Positions 1 through 8,289 of a stretch of 20,000 nt of DNA are shown in pieces. The notes beneath the pieces are model-generated. The model made no database searches, was not told the DNA's origin, and was given only the letters and a program-made list of their open reading frames with translations. Both the position numbers and the translations under genes were made by a program. The DNA comes from Nitrospinota bacterium. Its GTDB lineage: Bacteria > JADFOP01. The stretch is taken from contig JADFOP010000006.1 in the NCBI GenBank assembly GCA_022562795.1, forward strand, positions 55,939 through 75,938. The letters are read 5' to 3'. Numbering within the stretch: the stretch's first letter is position 1; every line of letters begins with the position of its first letter.

Positions 1-37
1 CTCTGTAATAGACCCCTTTAGCCTCGAGGACAACCAT
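1..37 (-). CDS. 5' end (first 12 codons, runs off window) of a probable glutamate synthase GXGXG/domain-3 subunit
   Basis: Read manually, not in the ORF track: ATG at 37-35 gives MVVLEAKGVYYR..., preceded by a G-rich SD (GGAGGGGGGAG). It resembles the N-terminus of stand-alone GltB domain-3 proteins and lies directly downstream of the GATase subunit. Confidence 0.55.
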   Translation of the reverse strand, partial: MVVLEAKGVYYR

Positions 38-169
38 GGGGCTTGCTCCCCCCCTCCTCTCTGTATGAGCCGATCATCTAAGGTGGGCTCAGGTTCTGAT
101 ATGGGCTACGGAGTGTTCGTCCTAGGCTCCGCGGCAGAAGCGTAGAGGCAGGCTGGTCCTTGCTAGCCT

Positions 170-1297
170 TCAAACCGCCACGTCAGGATCTAGCTCAACG
201 ATAACGGGGTCCCCTGCCCGGGGCGCCCAAGCTTCATCCAAGTCCGGGACGATCTCGCGAATCGCGCTCTCCTCGCTGGCCATGATCGTCAAGTCCCCCT
301 TGATCCCGCAGACAAGGGGACGCAGCTTAATCCGGTCGTTGAGCCCGATGAGCCCCCGGCTGTATGCGAAGAGAAAGGCGTAGGGGCCGTTGAGCAGCCC
401 GCTTCCGTAAACCATCCTCAAGTTGGTGAGCGCTTCCCTTTCGCCCTTTTCCAGCATGTCAATATCATCCCAGAAGGGAGCCGCCAAGGCCAAACAGGCG
501 ATCCGGTGCGGGAGGCCGTGCTTGCGAATCATGAGGTCTAGCATGTAGGCGATGACCTCGGTGTCGGTCAAGAGGGCTAAGCGGTAGCCGTACATCTCCA
601 GGTAGCGCTTGTTGATACCGTAGCTTGATATCTCCCCATTGTGAACGATGGACCAATCAAGCAGTGTGAATGGGTGAGCGCCGCCCCACCAGCCGGGAGT
701 GTTCGTGGGGAAACGGTTGTGGGCAGTCCAAAGGTACGCCCGGTACTCGTCGATCCGGAAGAACTCGGCCACCTGCTCGGGAAACCCTACGCCCTTGAAT
801 ACCCCCATGTTCTTGCCGCTGGAGAAGACGAAGGCCCCGGTAATATCTAAGTTGATGTGCATGACGGTCCTGACGACGATATCGTCGTCACCCATCCCCT
901 CCATGCCCCTGCGTTCGAGATCTTCCACGCGCTCGTGAGGTGCGACGAAGTAGCGTTTGAGCAGGGGGCTGTCTTTAATCGAGGCGATCGGGCGGACGGG
1001 GATCGTCTCTTGGTGCTTGATCAAGAGGTACTCGTTCAGAAATTCCTCGGTCTCATGGACGCTTGAGATTCCCTCGAACATGATATGGAGGGCGTAGTAG
1101 TCCTTGAACTCAGGGTAAATCCCGTAGGCCGCAAAGCCCGACCCCAGGCCATTGCCCCGGTCGCGCTGGTGGCATATGGACCTGATGATGAGATCACCGT
1201 CTATGAGCTCTCCCCGGCGGTGGATGATTCCCGTCATCCCGCAGCTGGAGATATCTTTCTCATAACGATGCGAAAATCTGTCCCTGTCCCATCGCAC
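170..1297 (-). CDS. Class-II (Ntn) glutamine amidotransferase, stand-alone glutamate synthase domain-1-like subunit
   Basis: Nucleophile Cys after a short propeptide (SS-CGMTG); motifs DRGNGLGSGFAAYGIY, HNRFPTNTPGWWGGAHPF, VHNGEISSYG, TDTE, DRIKLRP, ASEE; SD GGGAGG before GTG. Confidence 0.9.
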   Translation of the reverse strand: MRWDRDRFSHRYEKDISSCGMTGIIHRRGELIDGDLIIRSICHQRDRGNGLGSGFAAYGIYPEFKDYYALHIMFEGISSVHETEEFLNEYLLIKHQETIPVRPIASIKDSPLLKRYFVAPHERVEDLERRGMEGMGDDDIVVRTVMHINLDITGAFVFSSGKNMGVFKGVGFPEQVAEFFRIDEYRAYLWTAHNRFPTNTPGWWGGAHPFTLLDWSIVHNGEISSYGINKRYLEMYGYRLALLTDTEVIAYMLDLMIRKHGLPHRIACLALAAPFWDDIDMLEKGEREALTNLRMVYGSGLLNGPYAFLFAYSRGLIGLNDRIKLRPLVCGIKGDLTIMASEESAIREIVPDLDEAWAPRAGDPVIVELDPDVAV

Positions 1298-1460
1298 GGC
1301 TTTGCCCCTCCCTCACAGGAGTGATAGGGCCGCATCCACTTTGAGGCCTGGCCAAGGTATATATACCCTTCGCTCCCCTTCTCCTAACAATGTGTCGAGT
1401 GAAGATTTTCCCGACAAGAGCGAGGCGGGAGAACCCGGGAAGACCCCATTTAAACTCTTT

Positions 1461-1489
1461 ATGCTACTGAGCGTCACCTATACTGTCAA
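1461..1489 (-). promoter_or_regulatory. Sigma70-type promoter for the GATase/glutamate synthase operon
   Basis: On the minus strand TTGACA (1489-1484), 17-bp spacer, TAGCAT (1466-1461). Confidence 0.55.
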
Positions 1490-1514
1490 TCATTATTTTT
1501 GAGGCCCAACGTCA

Positions 1515-2204
1515 TTAGCGACGCTCAGGCTCACGGATAACAAGGGTCGGGTAGAGAAGTTTCTTTTGAAGGCGGCGCCCTATGAGGGCGGCTTCCTTCC
1601 GAGACTCGTATGGGCCCACCCTGACCTGGTGGGGCTTAGGAGCGTTCCTTGCGGTTAGGGCTTTGGCCCTGTAGCCCTGCCGTCGAAGCTCTTGTGTCAG
1701 GCGGCGTGCATTCTCCTTGTATTGGAATGCCGCGACCTGGACGAAGTAACGTCGAGAAGGCTTCACGCCCTTCGGGCGGACGGTTTTTGGAGGGCTCGTC
1801 GGAAGAGGCTTAGCAAGCACCGGAGCGGCCTTTTTAGACACAATAGCTTCGAGGGGCGGAGGGGCCTCGCCTGTCGGCTTGAAGGGGACGAAGGTCTCCC
1901 CATCCCGAGGAGAGCCCTCTTTGAGTGTTTCGAAGAAGGTGAGTTGATCGGACTTCCCAGTCGCCCGTTCTCCGGAACGCGTTTCTTTAGGTGCCGTCTT
2001 TTTCGAAGGGGCGGCCAATGAGAGGACGCGAGTCGTCTCCGGCGGCGACGCGGTGGTCTTGGGCCTCGCCAGGGGTCCAAGAAAGGCCCCCACTACCACC
2101 CCGACACCGAAGAGGACACAGCCTCCCACGGCCAAGCTCACACCGGAGCGGCGGGCCCGTCGCCTTGGGATCGCTGGGGCTCTGGTCTTGCGCTGAGCGG
2201 CCAC
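1515..2204 (-). CDS. SPOR-domain cell division protein (FtsN/DedD-like)
   Basis: Basic N-tail, single TM helix, QLTFFETL motif, Pro/Lys-rich linker, C-terminal SPOR (YFVQVAAFQYKENA...HQVRVGPY); directly downstream of argS, a common gene order. Confidence 0.88.
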   Translation of the reverse strand: MAAQRKTRAPAIPRRRARRSGVSLAVGGCVLFGVGVVVGAFLGPLARPKTTASPPETTRVLSLAAPSKKTAPKETRSGERATGKSDQLTFFETLKEGSPRDGETFVPFKPTGEAPPPLEAIVSKKAAPVLAKPLPTSPPKTVRPKGVKPSRRYFVQVAAFQYKENARRLTQELRRQGYRAKALTARNAPKPHQVRVGPYESRKEAALIGRRLQKKLLYPTLVIREPERR

Positions 2205-2207
2205 CGG

Positions 2208-3890
2208 CTACATTGCCTCCGGCGCCGACACACCCAGCAGCCCCAGAGCGTTGGCCAGCACCTGCCTTACGGCTTGGACGAGCACGATCCTCGCTGCCGT
2301 GAGGGCCTTATCAGGCCCTAAAACGCGGAAGGCCGGCTCGGTGTTCCCGAGATTGTAATACTGATGAAACTGTGCGGCCAACTCTTGGAGATAAAAGACC
2401 AGCCGATGGGGCTCGTAGGCCTGCGCCGCATCGACCACGAGCTCCTCGAAGCGGAGCAGCGTCACCATGAGGGCCCGCTCCTGCGGCATTTGCAGGGGCT
2501 CCAAGTCTGCGGAGGCCGTCTCGGGCAACGCCACCCGTCGAGTGAGAGCTTCCCGCATGATGCTGCAGATGCGGGCATGGGCATACTGGACGTAAAAGAC
2601 CGGATTCTCCGACGTCTTCTGCTTGGCCAGCTCAAGATCGAAGTCGAGGTGGCTGTCGGAGCTGCGCATGAGAAAGAAGAAGCGAGCGGCGTCTCGCCCA
2701 ACCTCGTCCATCACCTCCCGGAGAGTGACAAACTCCCCGGCCCGGGTGCTCATAGCCACGGGCTCTCCTCCCCGAAGGAGGGTCACGAACTGAACGAGCA
2801 CGATATGCAGTGAATCAGGATCGTGCCCCAACGCCTTCATGGCTGCACTAATCCGCGGAATGTGACCGTGGTGGTCGGCGCCCCATACGTCAATTACCGT
2901 CTTGAATCCCCGCTCGTACTTCTCCTGGTGATAGGCAATGTCGCTGGCTAGATATGTGGGCCGTCCATCCTCTCGCACAACCACCCGGTCCTTCTCGTCG
3001 CCGAGGGCGCTGGATTTGAACCACCGAGCCCCATCCCGCTCGTAGAGGTAGCCCGCCTCTTCCAATGCGTCAAGTGCCCGGTCCACCCGGCCGGACTTAA
3101 AGAGACTATCCTCGCTGAACCAACGGTCGTAGGCGACACCGAAGTCCCCTAAATCGGCCTCGATGCCACCAAGGAGTGTCTCGGCGGCGAATGCGGTGAA
3201 GGTCGGCAAGACAGCGCTCTTATCTTTGTCGAGGTGAGCGGGCCCGTCGCGCTCGATGATACGGCGGGCGATGTCGGATATATAGGCCCCTTTGTAGCCG
3301 TCATCTGGTAGGGGTTCGTCTCTGCCCAGCTCCTGGCAGTAGCGGCCGTAGGTGGAGAGGCCGAGCGCATCCATTTGAGATCCAACGTCATTGATATAGT
3401 ACTCTTTTTGGACTGCAAACCCGGCAGCTTCGAGCATGGAAGCCAGAACGTCGCCCACGGCCGCACCTCGACCATGACCCACGTGGAGAGGGCCTGTCGG
3501 ATTTGCGCTTACGAACTCCACCTGTACAGGGCGTCCCCGGCCGACGCTCGAGCGGCCGTAATCTGGCCCAGCAACTAAGATTGCCCTTAAGCCATCTCTA
3601 AGAAGGGCGCCCGCAAGACGGAAATTGATGAAACCCGGCCCCGCCACCTCGACTGATTCGAAGACATCGCGATGGGTCTCCAGACGAGGCTGGATCGCTT
3701 CGGCCAGATCTCTAGGGGATTTCCGGAGAGGACGGGCGAGCACTAGGGCCACGTTGGTGGCAAGGTCGCCGTGGCTAGGGTCTTTCGGCCGTTCCACGAC
3801 GAACGTCCCCGCTTCAACAGGAGGCCTCTCCCCAACCAATCCAGCCTCTTCCAGGGCCTCCTCCACAATGGTCCGCACCCGCGTTCTCAT
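2208..3890 (-). CDS. argS: Arginine--tRNA ligase
   Basis: HGDLATN, VAGPGFINF, VEFVSANPTGPLHVGHGR (HIGH), GADHHGH, MSTRAG (KMSKS equivalent), YVQYAHARI, C-terminal LGVSAPEAM. Start placed at ATG 3890 (SD GAGGTG) instead of 3992. Confidence 0.97.
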   Translation of the reverse strand: MRTRVRTIVEEALEEAGLVGERPPVEAGTFVVERPKDPSHGDLATNVALVLARPLRKSPRDLAEAIQPRLETHRDVFESVEVAGPGFINFRLAGALLRDGLRAILVAGPDYGRSSVGRGRPVQVEFVSANPTGPLHVGHGRGAAVGDVLASMLEAAGFAVQKEYYINDVGSQMDALGLSTYGRYCQELGRDEPLPDDGYKGAYISDIARRIIERDGPAHLDKDKSAVLPTFTAFAAETLLGGIEADLGDFGVAYDRWFSEDSLFKSGRVDRALDALEEAGYLYERDGARWFKSSALGDEKDRVVVREDGRPTYLASDIAYHQEKYERGFKTVIDVWGADHHGHIPRISAAMKALGHDPDSLHIVLVQFVTLLRGGEPVAMSTRAGEFVTLREVMDEVGRDAARFFFLMRSSDSHLDFDLELAKQKTSENPVFYVQYAHARICSIMREALTRRVALPETASADLEPLQMPQERALMVTLLRFEELVVDAAQAYEPHRLVFYLQELAAQFHQYYNLGNTEPAFRVLGPDKALTAARIVLVQAVRQVLANALGLLGVSAPEAM

Positions 3891-3988
3891 GGACACCTCA
3901 CTTACCCTGCACGAATCGGGCGCTTGAAAAGAGATTTCGCGGTGAGCACGAAGGATAATGAGACAGGCCGGCCGTAAGGCCGTAGACG

Positions 3989-4657
3989 TCATTTGAGGAT
4001 GCGGGCAATGACCTCATCCCAATTGACATTGGTCGCGTCGTCTTTGGTAATGGGGGACATGTCTCGAAACTTTTTCGCCTCCTTGAAATTGCTGAAGGCG
4101 CTCACCCTGGGCTTGCGGGCTTTCCCGCGCCTGCGACGTCCTGCCGCCGCGAGTCCACGGCGTGGCTTAGTAACCTTGAAACGCTTAATGGCTCGTTGCT
4201 GGCGGCGAGAGGCATCGTGGATTTTTTCCGCCGTCTCGCGCAGCTCAATGGCGCATTGCTCCAAGTTCTTCACAAGATCTCCAAGAAGGTCGCCCTCGGG
4301 CTGGCTGGGCGGGTCAGTCCCGGGAAGATTGCTCGCGGCGCGGTAGACGGCAAACTTTTTGGGATCCAAGCGTTGGGCCCGAACCATGGCAGCGTGAGCC
4401 TCCGTATGCCGCCCCTGGTGATAGATCGCAACTCCCAAATAGAGGTGGGCAAGAAAGTGCCCGTCCTGGCGGGCCAGCACGCGGGAGAAGGCCGCCTCGG
4501 CCTCAGCCCATCGAGATTCATTAATGGCCCTGACCCCCGCCTGAAAGTGTCGGCGGACGGTATGGTCAAGGGATTGGCGGCGCTGGAGAAGGGAGAAGCG
4601 AAGAGAATTCCAAAGGGCCCGTATGCTGCTCCACAACCCCCCAGCCCTTCGAGCCAT
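3989..4657 (-). CDS. Tetratricopeptide-repeat protein of unknown function
   Basis: Two TPR-like repeats (WAEAEAAFSRVL...AHLYLGVAIYHQGRHTEAHAAMVRAQRLDP), then a coiled-coil-like stretch and a basic segment. Confidence 0.7.
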   Translation of the reverse strand: MARRAGGLWSSIRALWNSLRFSLLQRRQSLDHTVRRHFQAGVRAINESRWAEAEAAFSRVLARQDGHFLAHLYLGVAIYHQGRHTEAHAAMVRAQRLDPKKFAVYRAASNLPGTDPPSQPEGDLLGDLVKNLEQCAIELRETAEKIHDASRRQQRAIKRFKVTKPRRGLAAAGRRRRGKARKPRVSAFSNFKEAKKFRDMSPITKDDATNVNWDEVIARILK

Positions 4658-4694
4658 GTCTCCGGCCTCCTACATCGAATGCGGATTAAAACAT

Positions 4695-4774
4695 ATGATA
4701 CCAATTCGATGGGCGGAGCGTCAAGGGGGCTGGGAGCAATTTCCCTTGAAACCCCCGATGAGACGCCATATTAT
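4695..4774. promoter_or_regulatory. Back-to-back divergent sigma70-type promoters (TPR/argS on minus; ccdA on plus)
   Basis: Minus: TTGACG (4724-4719), 18 bp, TATCAT (4700-4695). Plus: TTGAAA (4746-4751), 17 bp, TATTAT (4769-4774). Confidence 0.5.
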
Positions 4775-4817
4775 TGAAGCGCTCAACAGCGCGGAGCTGA
4801 CCGAGGGGCAAAACAAT

Positions 4818-5564
4818 ATGGAAGGTGGCGCCAACTTATCGATTCTTATAGCCCTAGGCGCGGGGCTTCTCTCGTTCCTCTCGCCTTGCGTCCTTCCCCT
4901 CTTCCCGAGCTATCTCTCGCTCATCACCGGCACCAGCCTCACAGACCTCGAAGCCTCCCACGACCAGCGGATGGTGCGATGGGCGGTCATCGGCAACTCC
5001 CTGGCTTTCATCTCAGGGTTCTCGGCAATCTTCATCGCCCTAGGCGCCTCCTTTAGCCTCGCTGGCCGGTTGCTCCTCATCTATCAAGACATTTTCCGCA
5101 CCCTGGGCGGCATTCTCATCGTGTTTTTCGGCATCTACATTACTGGCATCTTGAAGATCCCCGCCCTCGCCCGCTATTATCAGCTTTCGCCACGTGAAAA
5201 ACCCACCGGCTACATCGGAAGCGGGTTAGTGGGAGCGACCTTCGCCGTCGCGTGGACGCCGTGTGTGGGCCCCATCCTTGGGGCCATTCTCCTGCTGGCC
5301 TCGACCCAAGAGACCGTCAGGGCGGGAGTCGTCATGCTGATAGCTTACTCGGCGGGCCTAGCGATTCCGTTCTTCCTGAGTGCCCTTGCCGTCAACTCCT
5401 TCTTCGCCTTCTCCCGCACCTTCCGCCGCTACATCCAGGGCGTCCACATCACCGGGGGCCTGATCCTCATTGCCGTCGGACTCTTGTTGATCACCAACTA
5501 CTTCACCATCCTGAACGCCTATGCGCTGAAGCTCACCCCGAAGTGGCTGATCCAGTACCTCTAG
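4818..5564 (+). CDS. ccdA: Cytochrome c biogenesis protein CcdA (DsbD transmembrane domain)
   Basis: AGLLSFLSPCVLPLFPSY and WTPCVGPILGAIL redox Cys motifs, about 6 TM helices. Start placed at ATG 4818 (SD GAGGGG). Confidence 0.93.
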   Translation: MEGGANLSILIALGAGLLSFLSPCVLPLFPSYLSLITGTSLTDLEASHDQRMVRWAVIGNSLAFISGFSAIFIALGASFSLAGRLLLIYQDIFRTLGGILIVFFGIYITGILKIPALARYYQLSPREKPTGYIGSGLVGATFAVAWTPCVGPILGAILLLASTQETVRAGVVMLIAYSAGLAIPFFLSALAVNSFFAFSRTFRRYIQGVHITGGLILIAVGLLLITNYFTILNAYALKLTPKWLIQYL

Positions 5565-5593
5565 CCAGGGGTAGGCTCGCCCAATCACACGAT

Positions 5594-6223
5594 CTACTGC
5601 GCGGTGCGGGACGTGGGTTTTAGTGCCGAACGACCTGAACCGGGCCCGGAAGCTCCTTCGGCCTGCTCGACAAGCTTAACGATTCGCTGAACGGTGACCT
5701 CATCGGCCCAGTTGCGTCCGCCGATGACCCGCTCGGTTATTACCCCGCTCCCATCGATGAGAAAGCTCTCGGGGACTCCGTTCGTCCCATAAAGGCGGGT
5801 TATCCGACCTCGGGGGTCCAGGAGAATGGGGAAAGGCAGGTTGAACTCATCCTTGAATAACTTTACGCTTCGCGCATCTCTGTCAATGGAGATAGCGAGA
5901 ATCACAAACCGCCTGCCCCGGAGGTGATCGTAGAGCCGCTCCAGGGAGGGCATCTCATCCCTGCAAGGCACACACCAAGTGGCCCATATGTTGATAAGCA
6001 CCACCTGGCCGCGGAAATCCTCCAGAGCCACGGTCTCGCCCTCGATCGTCTTAAAGGCGAAGTCCTGCGCCTTGATGCCCTTGCCCATAGGCTGAAAGAC
6101 CTCCGTATCGGGCCACTTCAAAACGAGCACAATTGCTACCGTAGCGAGGATCGCAACGACGACCAAGGCCAATCTGGCTCTGCTGGCTGACCGAGGTAAT
6201 CGCGCGGCCTCTTGTTCTTTCAT
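5594..6223 (-). CDS. TlpA/ResA-family membrane-anchored thiol-disulfide oxidoreductase
   Basis: N-terminal TM anchor, LINIWATWCVPCRDEMP (CxxC), GVPESFLID cis-Pro loop. Start placed at ATG 6223 (SD GGGAG). Confidence 0.92.
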   Translation of the reverse strand: MKEQEAARLPRSASRARLALVVVAILATVAIVLVLKWPDTEVFQPMGKGIKAQDFAFKTIEGETVALEDFRGQVVLINIWATWCVPCRDEMPSLERLYDHLRGRRFVILAISIDRDARSVKLFKDEFNLPFPILLDPRGRITRLYGTNGVPESFLIDGSGVITERVIGGRNWADEVTVQRIVKLVEQAEGASGPGSGRSALKPTSRTAQ

Positions 6224-6312
6224 AGCTCCCCATCCCTGGATGAAAAAGGCAGCTCCTGCCCTTGCCAATAATGGATTGTAGCCCCACCCCACGCTCTCTG
6301 GCCAAAGAAGAC

Positions 6313-6342
6313 TTGACAGAGGCCCGACCCGCCTCTTATATT
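6313..6342 (+). promoter_or_regulatory. Sigma70-type promoter upstream of bamD
   Basis: TTGACA (6313-6318), 18 bp, TATATT (6337-6342). Confidence 0.5.
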
Positions 6343-6411
6343 GTGATACCCTGTAAAATAAGGGGTTTGTGGTAAACTTGCAACCGTTGGCCTTATACGA
6401 GAGACCCCTTC

Positions 6412-7203
6412 ATGAGGCCCTCTTTCCACGCTCTTCTTCTTTCGCCCCCACTTAAGGTAGCTTTTTCCCTTTGCCTCGTGACCATTATGGCCTCCGGTTG
6501 CGGCTTTTTCCATAAGGAACCAACTCCGACCGAGCCATCGGCGCTTCTCTCATTTGGCCAAGAGAAACTGGCAGAGAAGCGTTTCTCGAAGGCCAAAGAA
6601 CAATTCGAGCGGGTTCTCGAGACCACATCCGACAATGAACTTCGCCTCCAGGCCCTAATCAACCTTGCCGACACCCTCTACAAGAATGCCGAGTACGAAG
6701 AGGCTCGTTTTCAATACAGAAAGTTTCTCGAGCTGTACCCCGTCCATCCCCTGGCACCGAGGGCTCAATTCCAGCTCGCCATGTGCAGCTTCGCGGAAAT
6801 CAAGACCCCCGACCGCGACCAGGCGATTACCCTCGAGGCCCTCCGCCAGTTTGAGCGATTTCTCCAATCCTACCCAGACCATCCCCTCGCGTCTGAAGCC
6901 GAGCAACGTCATGCCTTTTGCATCAATCGCCTGGCTGAGCACGACCTACTGGTTGCCCGATTCTATTACAAGCTAGGAAAGTACCACTCCGCGATAAACC
7001 GCCTCTCGGCCCTCCTGGACAGTTATCCCGACTTTGCCCAGAACGACAAGGCTCTCTACCTCTTGGGCCAGTCGTACGAAGAAGAGGAGAGCCTTGAAAA
7101 AGCCCAGGCGGCTTTCGTTCGCCTAGTCAATGAACATCCCGACAGCGGCTATGCTTCGAGTGCAAAGAGGGCTCTAAGAAAGTGGCGAAAGAAAGGAGGA
7201 TGA
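6412..7203 (+). CDS. bamD: Outer membrane protein assembly factor BamD (lipoprotein)
   Basis: Lipobox-like MASG-C, TPR repeats, BamD-type motifs FLELYP.HP, DRDQ, LAEHDLLVARFYYK, SAINR. Confidence 0.9.
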   Translation: MRPSFHALLLSPPLKVAFSLCLVTIMASGCGFFHKEPTPTEPSALLSFGQEKLAEKRFSKAKEQFERVLETTSDNELRLQALINLADTLYKNAEYEEARFQYRKFLELYPVHPLAPRAQFQLAMCSFAEIKTPDRDQAITLEALRQFERFLQSYPDHPLASEAEQRHAFCINRLAEHDLLVARFYYKLGKYHSAINRLSALLDSYPDFAQNDKALYLLGQSYEEEESLEKAQAAFVRLVNEHPDSGYASSAKRALRKWRKKGG

Positions 7204-7284
7204 AAGGAACTAAGAACGGCGAACACAGCAAGAACTTAATTGTCCAGTTTCCCAGAGGCTAAAGAGGTTCGGGACGAAATAGAC

Positions 7285-7314
7285 CTTGACAATACCAGAC
7301 TCATATATCATAAT
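7285..7314 (+). promoter_or_regulatory. Sigma70-type promoter of hsp20-hspR with an overlapping HAIR-like operator
   Basis: TTGACA (7286-7291), 17 bp, CATAAT (7309-7314). CTTGACA-N7-ACTCATA (7285-7305) matches the HAIR consensus CTTGAGT-N7-ACTCAAG at 10 of 14 positions with exact spacing. Confidence 0.65.
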
Positions 7315-7370
7315 ATGAAATAAAGCAACCTGCACGCTATTTCCGCCTTGCTGGCGCGAAGGTAAGTGCG

Positions 7371-7790
7371 ATGACAAATAACCTCCGGCCCATATTTCAG
7401 GACCTTCTCACGATTCAGGAGCAAATGAACAGCCTTTTTGGCGATATTTCACTTAAGACCCAAAACACTCCGCCCCCATCAGAGAGTTTCTCACCTCCCG
7501 TAGATATTTACGAGACGGCCGGCGAGGTCATCCTGGTGGCTGAGGTCCCCGGCATGAAAGAAGATGAGGTCGAGCTCGAAATCACCGACAACCTGCTCAC
7601 CCTCAAGGGCGATCGGAAGCTCGAGCGCGGAAGTCCCGAAGATTCCATACATTTTTTGGAACGGTCCCACGGTTCATTCGTTCGAACCTTTACCCTGCCC
7701 GGCACGGTGCAGCAGGACAAGGCCAAAGCGACTCTCAAAGACGGGCTCCTCAAGGTGGTTTTGCCCAAGGTGAAGGTCGCCTCCCAATGA
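7371..7790 (+). CDS. Small heat shock protein, Hsp20/alpha-crystallin family
   Basis: PPVDIYET, AEVPGM, LTLKGDRK, ERSHGSFVRTFTLP, ATLKDGLLKVVLPK. Confidence 0.95.
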   Translation: MTNNLRPIFQDLLTIQEQMNSLFGDISLKTQNTPPPSESFSPPVDIYETAGEVILVAEVPGMKEDEVELEITDNLLTLKGDRKLERGSPEDSIHFLERSHGSFVRTFTLPGTVQQDKAKATLKDGLLKVVLPKVKVASQ

Positions 7791-7860
7791 GGTTGAGATC
7801 GAGAAGGATAGAAAGGCAAGTGAGTGTCCGGGCTGTTGCATTCCAAGGAGAATCGCTACC

Positions 7861-8256
7861 ATGGTGAGGACCAATGAGCCCGTCTTCATGATCAGCATTG
7901 TGGCGCATATGCTTAGCATCCATCCGCAAACGCTGCGCCTCTACGAACGGGAGGGGTTCATCAAACCATCCCGAACCCTTGGCAACACGCGCCTCTACTC
8001 TCAAGACGATGTCGAGGAGATTCGCACCGTTCTCCGGCTCACCCGGGAACTGGGTGTCAATCTAGCCGGCGTAGATATAATCCTCAATATGAAGGAGAGG
8101 GTCGAGATGCTCCAGGCGGAGCTCAACGCCGTATTGCAGACTATTGAGGAACGACACGGCGCCGAGGCTCGACGAGAAATCGAGGCGGCAGTAGCCCCGA
8201 CCGAGGCAGCTCAAGAGAGCCACGTCATCAGGGTCAAGATTGAGCGCGAAGGCTAG
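7861..8256 (+). CDS. hspR: MerR-family heat-shock repressor HspR
   Basis: ISIVAHMLSIHPQTLRLYEREG, PSRTLGNTRLYS, LTRELGVNLAGVDIIL are characteristic of HspR; adjacent to hsp20. Confidence 0.88.
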   Translation: MVRTNEPVFMISIVAHMLSIHPQTLRLYEREGFIKPSRTLGNTRLYSQDDVEEIRTVLRLTRELGVNLAGVDIILNMKERVEMLQAELNAVLQTIEERHGAEARREIEAAVAPTEAAQESHVIRVKIEREG

Positions 8257-8289
8257 GCCCGTCCCCCCATTTGGACGTGAGGAAAAGAA

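Noticed and set aside
3891..3992. N-terminal extension of argS in the ORF track, or a T-box leader
   Set aside because: The extension is not ArgRS-like, overlaps the upstream stop, and ATG 3890 has a good SD. The gap of about 100 nt has no T-box consensus.
4196..4777. 193-aa plus-strand ORF
   Set aside because: Antisense shadow of the TPR gene, with no recognisable motif.
4623..4817. 65-aa N-terminal extension of ccdA
   Set aside because: It overlaps the divergent TPR gene start and both predicted promoters; ATG 4818 has an SD and gives a normal CcdA length.
4818..6223. CcdA/TlpA as the reductant supply for the gamma-carboxylase-like pair
   Set aside because: More than 11 kb away, different base composition, no VKOR-like gene in the window; no sequence evidence for a link.
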